A stretch of DNA of 63,128 nt, the filler included, from Folioceros fuciformis (Eukaryota): assembly GCA_049999805.1 (NCBI GenBank). It is 4 parts of 4 records of this genome, joined end to end, with 100 filler letters (N's around TTAATTAATTAA, not from the genome) between each part and the next. Parts side by side here need not be neighbours in the genome. Positions count along the whole stretch, not along the records: positions 28,340 to 55,399 come from JBNGIO010006034.1; positions 55,500 to 61,319 come from JBNGIO010006044.1; 2 more parts are not named here. The stretch is one strand, 5' to 3'. The notes beneath the pieces were generated by a model. The model had not been told where the DNA came from and did no database searches. It saw nothing but the letters and a program-made list of their open reading frames with translations. Positions 47,518-58,706 of the stretch are shown here, one piece after another (within the stretch, counting starts at the first letter, position 1; each line of letters opens with the position of its first letter). Made by a program: the position numbers and the translations under genes.

Positions 47518-50500
47518 CTATGAACCACTCCGTCCACATCTGCCCACTAGCTCTGACCGGGGTTGCTTCCATGCCCTCATCCGTATTCTCCTCTCCTGGA
47601 TATTCTGTGCTTGCATCCACATCCCAGCACCTCTGTATATGTTTGAAATCAAGACATAGGCTGTGGCATCTCTCTTATCTAGATTTACTGCTTCGTGGAA
47701 AGCATGGTGTCCCACCTCCACGCTGCTCCATTTTCCACAAGCGCCCAATAGGGTGTGCCAAACAGCAGCAGTAGGCACCATAGGCATTGTCCTTACCAAC
47801 GTCAGTGCGTCATTTAGCTGCCCTGCACGACACAGGAGATCCACCATACATGTGTAGTGGGCCTCCGTGGGAACAATGCTGCAGTGTCCGGTCAAGGCCT
47901 CAAAGTACTCAAACCCCTCCTTCACCAAACCCAAATGACTGCAAGCTATTAGGACACTGAGCAGCGTGATGGCGTCTGGCTGTATGCCATCCTCTTGCAT
48001 TCTCTGGACCAGTTCAAACACCATTTCACTGTCCCCCTGACAGCTGTAGCCTCCAACCAAGGCATTCCAGGCAACAACATCTCTTTCGGGGAGCGCGTCA
48101 AACACAAGTTGTGCATCAGCCGTACTGCCTGATTTTCCATACATGTTTATCAAACTGCCAGCTACAAGCGTATCAGCCTCCAGGCCCCGTTCTAAAGCCT
48201 GCGCATGTAGCTGTCGTCCTAGAAATAAGGCCGCCACATTTGCACATGCCTGGAGGAGGCAAACAAAAGTCACAGAATTTGGTGCCGCCAGGCCTTCCTC
48301 TTGCATACATCTGTAGAGCTCAAGCGCCTGCTGGCCCATGCCCTGCTGAGAGTAACCTGCTATCATCACGGTCCATGTCACCACATCTTTTTCACCAAGT
48401 GCATCGAACACCCTCTGCGCATTTGCCAAGCTACCACACTTTGCATACATGTTCAGCAAGCTGCTCACTACAAGGACATCGGTATCCTTCCCCTGCTCTC
48501 TGATCTGCATATGCAGATGCATTCCCCTCTCCAATCCAACGGTTCCCATGCTTGCACATGCCTGCAGGAGGGTCACATACGTCACAGAGTCGGCTACAGA
48601 AATGCCCTCCTGTTGCATAGTGCTGTAAACATGAAGGGCTTCCTGGCCCAACCCCTGCTGAGAATATCCTGCTATCATAGCATTCCAGATCACCACATTT
48701 TTTTCAGAGAGTTCATTGAACAGTCTCCGAGCCTCCTCCAAGCTGCCACACTTTGCATACATGTCCACTAAACTGCTAGCTACAAACAGATCGGCTTGGT
48801 GTCCTCCTTCCCTTATTTGCGCATGCAGAAGCTGACCCTTCTCCAATGCTGGGGCGCCCACACTTGCACATGCTTGCAGAAGGCACACAAATGTCGTGGG
48901 GTCAGGCACATCCATGCCACCTTCTTGCATGGCACTATACACACCAAGGGCTTCCTGGCCCATGCCCTGCTGGGAATATCCTGCTATCATGGCAGTCCAC
49001 ATTACCAAATCCTTTTGAACCAGACCATCAAACACTAGCTGAGCATCGTCCAAGATACCGCACTGTGCATACATGTTTACCAGGCTGCTTGCTATAAAGA
49101 CATCAGCCTCATGTCCTTGTTGTCGAATCTGCTCATGAATATGCCTTCCTTTCTCCAATGCCGGAACGCCCACACTTGCGCACCCCTGCAGGAGGCAGGC
49201 AAATGTCACTGCATCAGGTGCGACAATGCCCTCTTCTTGCATGCAATCAAAAAGGCGAAGGGCTTCCTCGCCCCTGCCCCGCTGAGAATATCCTGCTATC
49301 AAGGCGTTCCACGTCACTACACTCTTCTGAACGAGTCCATCAAACACCCTCTGAGCGGCCTCTAAGCTGCCACACTTTGAATACATGTCTACCAAAGTAC
49401 TCGCTATTGACACATCAGATTCATGTCCTCCTTCCGTAATTTGTGCATGAAGATGCCTGCCCTTATGCAACGCTGGGGCGCCCATACTTGCACACGTCTG
49501 CAGGAGGCACACAAAGGTATTTGCATCGGGTACACCCATGCCTTCACCTTGCATGGAATTGTAGAGATGGAGGGCTTCCTCGACCATACCTCGCTGAGAA
49601 TATCCTGCTATCATGGCAGCCCAAGTTAATACATTTTTCTGATCAAGTTCATCAAACAGTCTCCGAGCGTCCTCCAAGCTGCCACATTTTGCGTACATGT
49701 GTACCAAACTGTTGGCAAGAGACACATCAACTTGAAGCCCTCCGTCTCGAATCTGCATGTGAAGATACTGCCCCTCCTCCAACGCTAGCGTGCCAACACT
49801 TGCACATGCTTGCAAGAGGCACAAAAAAGTCACAGAATCGGGGACAAGGCCGCCTTCTAGTCGCATGGCCCGGTAAAGACGAAGGGCTTCCAAGCCCACG
49901 CCCTGCTTCGAATAGCCTGCTATCATAGCGTTCCATGTTACAACATTTTTTACACAAAGGTTATCAAACACACTCCTTGCATCCTCCAGGCTGCCACACT
50001 TTGCGTACATGTCCACCAAACTGCTGGCTACAAACACATCATCCTGATATCCCCGTTCTCTGATTTGCACATGAAGACTTTTCCCCTTCTCCAATGCCAA
50101 GGTGCCAACGCTTGCACATGCTTTCAAAAGGCATACAAATGTCACAGAATTGGGTACAGTCATGCCTTCATCTTCCATACGACTGTACAGCCTAAGGGCC
50201 TCCTGCCCCATGCCCTGCTGGGAATATCCTGCAATCATACAAGTCCAGGTCACCACATTTTTTTGGCGGAGTTTGTCAAACACTGCTCGAGCGCCCTCCA
50301 ACCTGCCGCACTTTGCATACATGGCCACCAGGCAGTTACAAACAAACGCATCCTGCTCAATGCCACTCGCCAACACATGGACATGCACTTGCTGGCCAAA
50401 TTTCAAGTCCGCACTCCTTGCACACGCCTGAAGGGCTGCCACAAATACATGGCCATCTGGTTTCACACTGGACCTGCCCATCCGGAGATACAATTGGATG

Positions 50501-50919
50501 GCCTGGGTGTCCTTTCCGTGTTTGACATGGGCAGAAATTATGGAGGACCACATGTAGACATCTGGTTTGGCAACGGCGTCAAACACATTGACCGCGTCCT
50601 GCAACCTACCATGGGTGGCATACATTCGCAGGATGTGGTTGCACAGGAAGGCATCCGACTGATACCCCTTCTGCACCGTAAGATCGTGGACACGGCTACC
50701 CAGAACAAGATCCTCCTGAGATACGCATTCCTTCAGCACAGTAAAGAAGAGACATTTGGAAATCCCACGGCCTGTCTGCACCAAAACTTCCAAAGCGTCA
50801 ACAGCCTCCGTGAGACGGCCTGCATGACATAGCCTCCTCACCTCTTCAGCCGTTGCGCCCTTACTACCTCGTGCAGGCCTGAGAGGAGGATCCAGATCAT
50901 GTAGTAACCTCCCCCCCAT
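47518..50919 (-). CDS. PLS-PPR of the WW lineage with disrupted E+ tail (possible pseudogene)
   Basis: Intact PLS array and E domains; removing one C after KQP gives GQS*WADVDGVVHSFMVG; upstream N-terminal region also broken. Confidence 0.88.
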   Translation of the reverse strand: MGGRLLHDLDPPLRPARGSKGATAEEVRRLCHAGRLTEAVDALEVLVQTGRGISKCLFFTVLKECVSQEDLVLGSRVHDLTVQKGYQSDAFLCNHILRMYATHGRLQDAVNVFDAVAKPDVYMWSSIISAHVKHGKDTQAIQLYLRMGRSSVKPDGHVFVAALQACARSADLKFGQQVHVHVLASGIEQDAFVCNCLVAMYAKCGRLEGARAVFDKLRQKNVVTWTCMIAGYSQQGMGQEALRLYSRMEDEGMTVPNSVTFVCLLKACASVGTLALEKGKSLHVQIRERGYQDDVFVASSLVDMYAKCGSLEDARSVFDNLCVKNVVTWNAMIAGYSKQGVGLEALRLYRAMRLEGGLVPDSVTFLCLLQACASVGTLALEEGQYLHMQIRDGGLQVDVSLANSLVHMYAKCGSLEDARRLFDELDQKNVLTWAAMIAGYSQRGMVEEALHLYNSMQGEGMGVPDANTFVCLLQTCASMGAPALHKGRHLHAQITEGGHESDVSIASTLVDMYSKCGSLEAAQRVFDGLVQKSVVTWNALIAGYSQRGRGEEALRLFDCMQEEGIVAPDAVTFACLLQGCASVGVPALEKGRHIHEQIRQQGHEADVFIASSLVNMYAQCGILDDAQLVFDGLVQKDLVMWTAMIAGYSQQGMGQEALGVYSAMQEGGMDVPDPTTFVCLLQACASVGAPALEKGQLLHAQIREGGHQADLFVASSLVDMYAKCGSLEEARRLFNELSEKNVVIWNAMIAGYSQQGLGQEALHVYSTMQQEGISVADSVTYVTLLQACASMGTVGLERGMHLHMQIREQGKDTDVLVVSSLLNMYAKCGSLANAQRVFDALGEKDVVTWTVMIAGYSQQGMGQQALELYRCMQEEGLAAPNSVTFVCLLQACANVAALFLGRQLHAQALERGLEADTLVAGSLINMYGKSGSTADAQLVFDALPERDVVAWNALVGGYSCQGDSEMVFELVQRMQEDGIQPDAITLLSVLIACSHLGLVKEGFEYFEALTGHCSIVPTEAHYTCMVDLLCRAGQLNDALTLVRTMPMVPTAAVWHTLLGACGKWSSVEVGHHAFHEAVNLDKRDATAYVLISNIYRGAGMWMQAQNIQERRIRMRAWKQPRSELVGRCGRSGS

Positions 50920-50939
50920 GTCCCAAGGCAGCAAGCTGC

Positions 50940-51110
50940 GTGTGCACCAAGTATGGCGCGAAAAAGTCGTTCAAGCAGAAGACCTGGTGAGATTGCATGT
51001 GCTGTAAGTCGGGGGGAACTGAGGCTCGATTTCTATGGCCTATTGTCACGCCAAAGGGTAGGGTCTTGAGATACAAGAGTCACCTCAATGTCTCCTGGCG
51101 ACGATCCCCG
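50940..51110 (-). pseudogene. Decayed PDF motif upstream of the WW-type PPR ORF
   Basis: GDRRQE...QDPTLWRDNRP*KSSLSS/PDLQHMQSHQVFCLNDFFAPYLV with one stop and frameshifts. Confidence 0.7.
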
Positions 51111-52343
51111 CTGCAAGCTTAATTCGTGCACGGCCAGACGTCCTTTTGGAAGGGCTGGCTCCGTTGCAATAGTGTAGCACCTCTAGACATGGACTTGGTT
51201 GTGCGCCCACGGTTGGCAAGAAGCTCTTCAAAGAAGAGAAATCACCCAACCACCAGCCATTTCTTACACGCACGAAGGCGTTGAGAGAACAGGTGCAAGC
51301 CACGCAAGCAGCTACCATGGTTGAGGGCTCAGCCGGACCAAGAACAACCTGCAGCTCACCAGAGGCACCTGTTCTAGTGTCCAACTTCATCAGCGGCGCC
51401 TCTAATGGTTTCTAGTCGTTATCACGTGCAGAGACAGGCAAGCACATGGCAACGCGACCCAAAACAAATCCTCGGATGAACGCACACTTGTCCGTGTACC
51501 AAACCTGCCAGGGCCCCGACTTAAGGAGGTCACGGAGGCCAAAAATGGGGTACCATGCGAGGATACCAGTCCTCGTCCTCCTGGCAGACAGCAATTCTTC
51601 GTCCCCAAGAAAACATCAAGGAAGCAGACCAAGGTGTGATGCTGCAAATCGCGTCGATGAAGCAAGCGACGATAGGCATGGCGTCTGCTGACTTGCTTAC
51701 GTCCAGGCAACCATAGAAAAGGCGTTGTGGTTTGGTATATCAGTCTTCAGGATTGCAAACCATACTCTACTAACAGTTGTTTAAGCTAGTAACTGTACTA
51801 CAATAAACCCTAAACCTTAAAAAACAAAAGAAGTTACAAACAATTATCATAATCGTTTGTATATTATGTTATATAATGTAACAAATCATTTCTCTTCTTA
51901 CCCTAAACCCAAGAAAACCACTTTTCCTATGCACTACCACACCACTCGTTATGTTGCGCACAATAAAATACCACTAAACTTGAGTGTTGGAGTCTTTTTG
52001 ACTCCTCTACAGTTGATTGAGCTTCACCTTTGGCTATTATTAAAGCCTTCACAAGATGCTTGTTCTCATCTGTTGAACTTCCTTCATTCACCTTATCTAG
52101 CTAATACGTAAGCTTAAACGCCCTCTCTCGTACAAGCTTTGATCCTCCGCACCATTATCTTTTTCTTCTCTTTCTCATCATCTCTTCAACTTCGGTTTTG
52201 CCACGGCTTGGTAGTACACACAATCCTCATGCCTGAAGTTGGAGGAGCGACCCGTGGGCAAGTTGACAGAGACTCGGGCACGCATATCACCGACTTGCTG
52301 ATGAGCCGAGAGTGCTTAAGTTCGATACGGCATCGCGACATGC

Positions 52344-55085
52344 ATGGGGTGTACGGTAGAGCGGGCTCTCAGGCTCAAGCTCGAGCCCAGGGGTTCCGTG
52401 TGTGTGTGTGCGATTCATGGCGGTTCTGCGCTTTGCATTTCATCCATTTGCCCGAAGAAGGAAACGGTAGGCTGGGGGAAGATTATGTCTGGTTGTTGGA
52501 GGGATGACACTCAATATGAAAAGAGGTCTAGTTCGTCTGCCTCAAGTTGGGCTGCGGCATCCAAGTGGAGCCCACGACGCATGCTCGCAGGAGGCTCCGA
52601 AGAACTAACGACTGCTGAAACCGTGAGGACATTATGTCGGCAGGGGCAGCTCGCAGAGGCTGTCGAAGCCCTGGGACGAGTGTTACACACAGACTGCGGA
52701 ACATCCAAGACTCTTTTCTACACTGTGCTCAAAAGATGTCTCGTTAACCAGGATCTTGTTCTGGGACGCCGTTTGCATGCACTCCTTGTGAAATTAGGTT
52801 ATGAATCCGACACATTCCTGTGCAACCACATCCTGCGAATGTACTCTTCTCACTCCAGGTTGCAAGAAGCAATGGATGTGTTCACCGTGGTGACCGAGCC
52901 GGATGCTTTCACCTGGTCTGCCGTGATTTCTGCGTGTGCTCAACATGGACAAGCTAGGCGGGCCTTACGTCTATATCACCAGATGCGCAGGTCGAGAGCC
53001 AAGCCAGATAGGCATGTGTTTGTTGCAGCCCTGCAGGCCTGTGCAAGGGCTGCCGACCTGGCAACTGGGCAGCAGGTGCATGCTGATTTGTTGGCTAGCG
53101 GCCTGCTTGACACTGACTCGTCTGTCTGTAGTTGCTTGGTGGACATGTATGCCAAATGCGGAAGCTTGGTAGACGCCCAAAGGGTGTTTGACGGACTGAG
53201 TCAGAAAAATTCTGCCACCTGGAATGCCGTCATATCGGGCTATTCCAAGCAGGGCTTGGGTCTGAAAGCCCTTCACCTTTACAGCGCCATGCAACAAGAT
53301 CCCACCTCCGCACCTACTCACGTCACATTTGTGTGCGTCTTGCAGGCTTGTGCAAGTGTGGGTACTTTGGCCCTGGAAAGAGGTAGGCAGCTGCATGCAG
53401 AGATTGTAGAAGCGGGCCTTGAGGCGGATGTGGTGGTAGGTTGCAGCTTGGTGAACATGTATGTTAAGTGCGGCAGTTTGAATGACGCTCAGGGTGTGTT
53501 TAATGGGCTCAGTCACAAGAGTGTGGTGACGTGGACAGCTCTGATTGCAGGATATTCCCAGCACAAGGGCATGGGTGAGGAAGCCTTACGCCTTTACAGT
53601 GCTATGCAAGAAGAAGGCATTGCCGCACCTGATTCTGTGACCTTTGTATGCCTGCTGCAGGCATGCGCAAGTGTGGGGGCTCCGGCTTTGGAGAAGGGGA
53701 AGGCACTTCATGCACAGATTCGCAAGCGAGACCTTGAGGCTGATGTGGTTGTCGGTTGCAGCTTGGTGAACATGTACTCAAAGTGTGGCAGCTTGGAAGA
53801 CGCTCATCGAGTGTTTGACAGGCTTCCTCGAAAGGATGTAGTAACGTGGACGGCTCTCATAGCAGGATACTCTCAGCAGGGCAGGGGTCTGGAAGCGCTT
53901 CGCATTTACAGTGCTATGCAACAACAAGGCATTGCGGTACCTGACTCTGTCACGTTTGTTTGCCTCCTACATGCATGTGCGAGTGTTGGCATCCCAGCGA
54001 TGGAGACCGGGAAGCAGCTTAGTTGGCAGATTAGAGAACGGGGACTTCATGCTGATGGTGTTTTGGGTAGTAGTTTGGTAAACATGTATGCCAAGTGTGG
54101 CAGCGTAGAGGATGCTCAGGCCGTGTTCCAGGGTCTCAGTCAAAAAACAGTGGCGACGTGGAATTCCATGATAGCGGGATACTCCCAACAGGGGATGGGA
54201 CAGGCAGCCCTTCTTCTTTACAGGACGATGCGGCAAGAAGGCCGCCTTGCACCCGATTACGTGACATATGTTTGCCTCCTCCAGGCATGTGCAAATGTGG
54301 CGGCATTACATTTGGGAAGGCAGCTTCATGCAGAGATTGAAGAGCAGGGGCTTCAAGCTGACGTGCCTGTAGCCATCGGTCTGATAAACATGTATGCAAA
54401 GTCAGGGAGCATGGTTGATGCGCAGCGGATATTCGAGGCCTTGTCTGAAAGGGGTTTTGCTGCCTGGAATACACTGATTGCAGGCTACACCCGTCAAGGA
54501 GACTGTGATAGGGTGTTTGACTTGTTTCACAAAATGAGAGAAAATTGTGTAGAGCCAGCTGGTATCACATTCCTTAGCGTTCTCACGGCATGCAGCCATG
54601 CAGGTCTGGTGGACAAGGGGCGTGAGTACTTTCAGACAATGAGCAGACAGTACGGACTCGCTCCCACTACGGAGCACTACACATGCATGGTGGATCTGCT
54701 GGGTCGTGCCGGTCAGGTGGAGGAGGCATTAGCTTTGGTAAGGACGATGCCGGTACTGCCTGATGCTGCAGTGTGGCGGACTCTTTTGAGTGCTTGTCGA
54801 AAGTGGAGTAGCGTGGAGGTGGCATGCCATGCTTACCATGAAGCATTGAAGCTGGACAGAAAAGATCCCTCGGCGTATGTGTTGATGTCAAACATTTACG
54901 TTGCGGCCCAGATGTGGGAGAAGGCACACGGGGTGCAGCGGAGGAGAGAGGGAGCGGGAGCATGGAAGCAGCCCGGCCAGAGCTGGTGGACTGACTTGGA
55001 CGGACTGGCACATAGTTTCTCGGTTGGGGATGAAACAGATCCCGAAAGTGATGCTACATATACAGACATGTGTCTGCAAGTCTGA
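52344..55085 (+). CDS. PLS-PPR, E1-E2-E+ of WW type (no catalytic DYW)
   Basis: PLS array; ends AWKQPGQSWWTDLDGLAHSFSVGD. Confidence 0.93.
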   Translation: MGCTVERALRLKLEPRGSVCVCAIHGGSALCISSICPKKETVGWGKIMSGCWRDDTQYEKRSSSSASSWAAASKWSPRRMLAGGSEELTTAETVRTLCRQGQLAEAVEALGRVLHTDCGTSKTLFYTVLKRCLVNQDLVLGRRLHALLVKLGYESDTFLCNHILRMYSSHSRLQEAMDVFTVVTEPDAFTWSAVISACAQHGQARRALRLYHQMRRSRAKPDRHVFVAALQACARAADLATGQQVHADLLASGLLDTDSSVCSCLVDMYAKCGSLVDAQRVFDGLSQKNSATWNAVISGYSKQGLGLKALHLYSAMQQDPTSAPTHVTFVCVLQACASVGTLALERGRQLHAEIVEAGLEADVVVGCSLVNMYVKCGSLNDAQGVFNGLSHKSVVTWTALIAGYSQHKGMGEEALRLYSAMQEEGIAAPDSVTFVCLLQACASVGAPALEKGKALHAQIRKRDLEADVVVGCSLVNMYSKCGSLEDAHRVFDRLPRKDVVTWTALIAGYSQQGRGLEALRIYSAMQQQGIAVPDSVTFVCLLHACASVGIPAMETGKQLSWQIRERGLHADGVLGSSLVNMYAKCGSVEDAQAVFQGLSQKTVATWNSMIAGYSQQGMGQAALLLYRTMRQEGRLAPDYVTYVCLLQACANVAALHLGRQLHAEIEEQGLQADVPVAIGLINMYAKSGSMVDAQRIFEALSERGFAAWNTLIAGYTRQGDCDRVFDLFHKMRENCVEPAGITFLSVLTACSHAGLVDKGREYFQTMSRQYGLAPTTEHYTCMVDLLGRAGQVEEALALVRTMPVLPDAAVWRTLLSACRKWSSVEVACHAYHEALKLDRKDPSAYVLMSNIYVAAQMWEKAHGVQRRREGAGAWKQPGQSWWTDLDGLAHSFSVGDETDPESDATYTDMCLQV

Positions 55086-55129
55086 CGCCAAGTTTACTCC
55101 AGGTCCTAAGAAAGAAGGGTATGCAGCAG

Positions 55130-55399
55130 GGAGTGCGGTGCACATCATCTAGTGGATGTCTGAGCGATTAAAAGTGTCGGTCGGTGCACATCCACTAGTG
55201 TGTCGGTCGGTGCACATCAACTAGTGGATGTCTGAGCGGTTAAAAGTGTCGGTCGGTGCACATCTAGTTGGGATGGATGTCGGGGTCGGTGCACATTGGC
55301 ATGGATGTACATCTAGTTGGGATGGATGTACATCTAGTTGGGATGGATGTCGGGGTCGGTGCACATTGGCATGGATGTACATCTAGTTGGGATGGATGT
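55130..55399. repeat. Compound short tandem repeats running into a gap
   Basis: Repeated gtcggtgcacat and acatctagttgggatggatgt units. Confidence 0.85.
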
Positions 55400-55768
55400 N
55401 NNNNNNNNNNNNNNNNNNNNNNNNNNNNNNNNNNNNNNNNNNNTTAATTAATTAANNNNNNNNNNNNNNNNNNNNNNNNNNNNNNNNNNNNNNNNNNNNG
55501 GAGTTCCCCCCTCAAAGCAACGTACCGAGGCTCCTCCCTCTCGAAACATCCTACTCGGACTTCAAAACAATTGACGTACACAAAGTCTCGCGGCAGGGCA
55601 GCCAAGAAGATGGACAGATAAAGACAGTTGGTACACTCAACACCAAATCAAACACAGAGCGGAGGCAAATAATCACACACAAACCGACAAAGCGTGCCTC
55701 ATGGATCCCAGTCCAGTCCAGTCCACTCCTCTCCAGTCCAGTCCACTATCCTACCCTATCTTCCCCTT

Positions 55769-56371
55769 TCACGAATCCCTCAGGTCGTAGTAGAACACGT
55801 GCGAGACGACGAGCAAATTGAAGCCACGCACCACCTCGCCGACGGTGGAGAAGTCGACCCAGCCTCTGGCCAGCCGGAACTTGCCAGTCCCGCCGACGAT
55901 GGAGAGCTCCCGCACGGGTACGGCCATCTCCGAGTAGCCCTGGTAGCTGATGCTGCTGCCGGCGCCGAAGCCGCTGGCGTCGTTGAAGATGGCGGTGGAC
56001 ACGAACTCCAGGCCTGGCCCGTTGTCGTTGTTGTTGTCGAAGATGAAGAAGCCCTTGACGCTGCCCAGGACGGAGGAGTCGGGGTCCGGGCCCGAGGTGA
56101 TGAAGCCGTCCAACACAAATGCTGAGCCGAAGAGGGTGACGTTCTCGGGGGACGGCTGAATGGACGGATCGTCCAGGGGAGGCAACAAGCCGAAAGTGTT
56201 GAAGCCGATGGTGGTGTTCAAGTAGAAGGTGATCTCTGAATACCTCTCTAGCTTTCCTTTCAACTTGTGTTTGGAACTCTTCCCCGCCGCGGGGACTGCA
56301 AGAAGCGTCCCGACAACCAAGGCCACCACAAGAACAGAGGCTGCATTGTGGAGAGCTCTGCTACGCTCCAT
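55769..56371 (-). CDS. Dirigent (DIR) family protein with signal peptide, intronless
   Basis: ITFYL, FGSAFVLDGFITSGPDPDSSVLGSVKG, RELSIVGGTGKFRLARGW. Confidence 0.93.
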   Translation of the reverse strand: MERSRALHNAASVLVVALVVGTLLAVPAAGKSSKHKLKGKLERYSEITFYLNTTIGFNTFGLLPPLDDPSIQPSPENVTLFGSAFVLDGFITSGPDPDSSVLGSVKGFFIFDNNNDNGPGLEFVSTAIFNDASGFGAGSSISYQGYSEMAVPVRELSIVGGTGKFRLARGWVDFSTVGEVVRGFNLLVVSHVFYYDLRDS

Positions 56372-57079
56372 TTGGATCGGTCACTTCACGCCCACACGGT
56401 CCACGGCTAGCTCCAGTTTATCAATCCCTCCTTCTGCCATGGCCTGTGAAGACAGGGAAGCAGAGGGATTGGTCTGAAGAGGACGCTTTATGAAAGCGTT
56501 CCTAAAAGACTCCATCAAATCTTCCCACAGTAAAGCGGATGAGCTTTCTGCAGTGCGCTGACACATGACGCAAGAATCAAGAGCAATTGGCCAATCTGGG
56601 GTCCGTGTGCTTGAGCATGCAGGCACTTGGTGGTTCACGTGGCGCAGGAGCATTAAAGTTTTTGACTATTATATACATAATCTATAATAATAAATATAGT
56701 CCGAAACATCGGTGCGTTAAGCCAGTTCAATTTAAAATTTGAGAAACAAACCAGCTATGTACACATTTCATCAGGAGCTGAATCCCTGAGGGAGTGGGCA
56801 TTCTTGATTGTTAAACTTCATCCATTGGCCCTTCTTTCAGCTTTGTCTGAAGTTTCTCCACCAGCAAACAAGTGCACCAAAACATATTTGTTACTATAAT
56901 GTGCAGTCCCTGAAACTAACCAAGCCTTGATGCAACCACTCCAAAGTACAACATTAAGGCTCATTCTTAGAACAATCTCAAGTGCTCATCACTCTTTTTA
57001 TTAAATGCCTCATCGTGTTCTAAAAACACACAAAGACTCTAGACTAGAGTCCCTTTTTACACCATCTCGTGGATGGCCT

Positions 57080-57553
57080 CTATGTCTTCTTGTTGTTGGG
57101 CTCAGAGTCACTGGGTTTGTCTGTTTTCTCACTACACTCGGTGGATGAATGACTGTCAGTAAGGACCATTGTTGGGTGCATTTGTATGGTATGGTTAAAG
57201 GTATCTTCCACATCCATCTTCGTGCCGTCACTTGAGCTATCTTGTAGGTTTATATGTGCTCCATTGCTTGTGCTGGTATCTTCTAGATCCATGTGTGCCC
57301 CATTGCATGTGTTGGTATCTTCTGCATCTGTATCTTGCCCATCGCTTAAGGTATCTTCTACACACATACATGCCCCATCACTTGCCGTATCTCCTAAATC
57401 CACATGTGTTCCATTGCTTGATGTATGTTTTGAATCTTGCTCCATTTCCTCTGCACGTTGTCTACAAAATTTGGCAAATCTGTTGATAAAGGCACGAACT
57501 AGAGCAGGATCTGGTACCTCGTCCAAACATCTTTCATCACTTTTTCTTTTCAT
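57080..57553 (-). other. Acidic low-complexity ORF made of ~12-13-aa degenerate repeats; coding status uncertain
   Basis: Repeated (S/T)xxG(T/A)HxD(L/V)EDT units. Confidence 0.35.
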
Positions 57554-58706
57554 GATTGCTATGAAGGATAAGAATAAGTTTCCTTAATTAAACTTTGAAT
57601 CACAAAACGCTAGAGTTAGAGTTAGTACGAAACAAAGTAGAAATTAAAAAAACAGAAATTTAAAGCATGAGTAGAAAACTAAAAAACAACACAACTTACA
57701 AAATGAGCCTAAAAAAGAAAATTTTTACCCAAATGAAAATAAATTTCCGAGATCTAGACTGATGTGTACTTGTAAGAATCAATGGCGGGATTCAACTTGA
57801 GAGCTGAAGTCAAAATCATTTATAAGGGTGCAAGCACTCAACATACATATTTTATAGGAGATCGAGCAAATCCACAATACTGGTTAGATTTGGACTCTTC
57901 TAAAATTGAAACTTACTTATATTCATAAAATACCACAATCTAAAAGTACCAAAATATATTTAGATTTTTTAATAATTAATATCTTATAAATATTATCATA
58001 TTCAATAAAAAAATAATGCACTTATGAAAGATATAAACACAGTCTTAAAAATACCAAAACATACTTATATACATTACATGAGATTTCCATAATAAGACCC
58101 TCTTTAGATGTAGTTTGATTAATATGACCTTTTTCTTCAACCTTGGTTTTAGTAGTGGGGTCTTCCTCTTTTACCTCCTTTGAGTTTCAGCATGAGGAAT
58201 TACCTACTTAGGGTTAATATCTGCCCTAGAATTTCTTTGTTTAGTAGTATGACCTAGTTATCTTAAGAGTATGACCTAGCTCATTTTAACATTAGTTTCA
58301 ACTTTTAATATCTTGATTCACAAAGGTGATTGGTCTTTCACTGGATAACTTCATTTCATCATTATGCATATATGACACATTAATATTCTTTTTAACCCCT
58401 TGATCACAGCAATCTAGTAAAATATCTATTAACATGCATATGTACTCTTGTTGGGAAGACTTGATTGGATTCCCATAAATTCGCTGTAGAGTCTCTATGC
58501 TCCAAGAATCTGGGCTTCCCTGTTGAGAACCATGTTCTAAGTTGGAATACATTCTATAAATGCCCTTCAATTACTTACCTATCTTTCAATATACTGACTT
58601 ACATTTTCAGCTAAAAAACATTTATCCAAATATGCGTTAAAATATACAATAAATTTACTGAACTGTCAGGATAAATAAAGGTAATAGATTAAAAAATGGT
58701 TTAGGG

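Noticed and set aside
52470-52545. WGKIMSGCWRDDTQYEKRSS as a PDF remnant in the second WW gene; also a QEDEDW patch near 51560-51590
   Set aside because: Too little similarity to call without a profile search
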